Shown piece after piece: positions 31,206 through 32,000 of a stretch of 32,000 bases of DNA (the first letter of the stretch is position 1; each line of letters starts with the position of its first letter). Source of the DNA: Aeropyrum pernix K1 (GTDB lineage Archaea; Thermoproteota; Thermoprotei_A; Sulfolobales; Acidilobaceae); assembly GCF_000011125.1 (NCBI RefSeq), contig NC_000854.2, positions 1,290,001-1,322,000 of the forward strand, written 5' to 3'. The notes beneath the pieces were generated by a model. That model did no database searches, was not told where the DNA came from, and saw only the letters and a list, made by a program, of their open reading frames with translations. Position numbers and translations under genes: made by a program.

Positions 31206-32000
31206 ATGCACGTTAGGCTGCTGGCTGTAGCCCTAAGTTTGGGGGCGCTTGAGGTCCTCACGCTGGGCACGTACAGGCTCGTCCTCGCGTCCTCGGCCCT
31301 GGCAACGGTTGTAGTTGTAGCCCGCTCTGGCATGCTCGGCGGTATCCTCGATTCTCTGAGGGGCCGTATGCATGGTGGAGGCGGGGAGGATGCGGGGGTT
31401 GGGGGCGTGAGGCTTATGGAGGTCAGGATAAGCCGGGGCGGCTTTGACGCCGCCTCCCAGGTCTCCAGGCTAATACTGTCCAGGTCTAGACAGTCTGGGT
31501 CGGAGTATATCGTGGCCTCCTCGGTGTACAGGGGCTATTCTAGGGTTGTTGTGGCGGTGGCAAACGACAGCCCTGAGGAGCTGAGGGTTGACTATGAAGT
31601 CCTATCGTCGATAATAGCGTCGAACGTGGCGGGAGTTCAGGTCATCCCTCTGGAGGCCGGCGAGGCCGGGGGGCTCGTGAGGAGGCTCTCAAAGCTTCTG
31701 GGCGTCAGAGGCTCCACGCCACCCCTCATACCGCCTCCAAGCCGGGCGGCCCCTCCAGCCGGTGGAGCCGGGCTTCTCAGGCTGGGCGTGAGGCTCGACA
31801 CGCCCACCCCCGAGCCCTTGTACCTTGAGCAGAGCGATATCGAGGGGCATATAGGCGTCTTCGGCAGTACTGGCAGCGGGAAGACCACAACCCTCGCAAC
31901 AATAGCCTGCGGCGCGGCAGAGGCGGGCCTACCAGTCGTGGTGGCTGACTGGCACGGGGAGTACCAGCGCCTAGTAGGGGGCGGGGGTTGCAGGCCTCGG
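31206..32000 (+). CDS. Membrane-anchored HerA/FtsK-like (DUF87-type) P-loop ATPase, N-terminal part (continues beyond the window)
   Basis: This ORF is not in the track because it is open-ended. ATG 31206 is in frame to base 32000 with no stop. The N-terminal hydrophobic helix is MHVRLLAVALSLGALEVLTLG... Walker A is in the HerA-like context EGHIGVFGSTGSGKTTTLA (about 31850-31900), followed by PVVVADWHGEY. Confidence 0.6.
   Translation, partial: MHVRLLAVALSLGALEVLTLGTYRLVLASSALATVVVVARSGMLGGILDSLRGRMHGGGGEDAGVGGVRLMEVRISRGGFDAASQVSRLILSRSRQSGSEYIVASSVYRGYSRVVVAVANDSPEELRVDYEVLSSIIASNVAGVQVIPLEAGEAGGLVRRLSKLLGVRGSTPPLIPPPSRAAPPAGGAGLLRLGVRLDTPTPEPLYLEQSDIEGHIGVFGSTGSGKTTTLATIACGAAEAGLPVVVADWHGEYQRLVGGGGCRPR

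Noticed and set aside
31044-31211. 56-codon N-terminal extension of the ROK kinase ORF, and the overlapping 76-aa ORF at 31103-31333
   Set aside because: The extension has no ROK similarity and is Arg/Pro-rich. It would also overlap the divergent promoter and the start of the HerA-like gene. The conserved DxGxT motif begins right after GTG 31043.
31637-31888. 83-aa minus-strand ORF
   Set aside because: It is antisense to the open-ended HerA-like CDS, which carries a clear Walker A motif. Its composition is low-complexity Pro/Ser/Gly.
1-32000. CRISPR arrays, IS elements, toxin-antitoxin pairs or recognisable defence islands
   Set aside because: I saw no regularly spaced direct repeats and no transposase, integrase or terminal inverted repeats. 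I also saw no small two-gene cassettes with PIN, HEPN, RelE or VapB-like motifs. The solitary Cas4-like gene has no cas or CRISPR neighbours.

Overview
High-GC, very gene-dense chromosomal segment of a hyperthermophilic crenarchaeon. The thermosome, TyrRS and aIF5A sequences look like Aeropyrum pernix or a close relative, but that assignment is from memory, not a search. I support about 37 protein genes and one tRNA-Leu(CAG), plus a few promoter, operator and terminator candidates. I saw no CRISPR array, rRNA, transposase or integrase. Many genes are leaderless-style, with a TATA box about 25-40 nt upstream of the start. Many start/stop overlaps suggest operons.

Most content is housekeeping:
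- Translation and folding: DRG GTPase, eS17, thermosome, TyrRS, aIF5A.
- dNTP supply: class II RNR, ThyX, a TMK-like protein.
- Amino-acid metabolism: ThrB plus a Cys/Met-family PLP enzyme.
- Other: ROK glucokinase, M29 aminopeptidase, a PhoU-like regulator.

The most notable content:
1. A split aconitase-X pair (27.8-29.4 kb) and a UbiD-family decarboxylase (21.9-23.2 kb). Together these match the two signature enzymes of the archaeal mevalonate route via trans-anhydromevalonate 5-phosphate. I recall this being described for A. pernix, so it is probably not new. The UbiD neighbours (an RNase H-fold protein and a Nudix hydrolase) are unexplained.
2. Three modules that look like sulfur-carrier or PP-loop chemistry, with no E1-like activase in the window. 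These are a translationally coupled ThiS-like-GG + TtuA-like operon, a MoaD-like-GG domain fused in frame to a purine-type PRTase, and a PAPS-reductase-like PP-loop enzyme with an unknown 230-aa N-terminal domain.
3. A 443-bp ORF-free island (10218-10660) with a canonical TATA box followed by a strongly self-complementary GC-rich block. This is a candidate structured ncRNA.
4. A recurring 8-mer, GGTTTAGC/GCTAAACC. I found it only in promoter regions, and in two of the three regions as an inverted pair.
5. Oddities in single genes: a solitary Cas4-like protein lacking a canonical E-x-K motif, and a TMK-like protein with Val in place of the P-loop Lys.

All functional calls rest on motif recognition by eye. 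No search was run.
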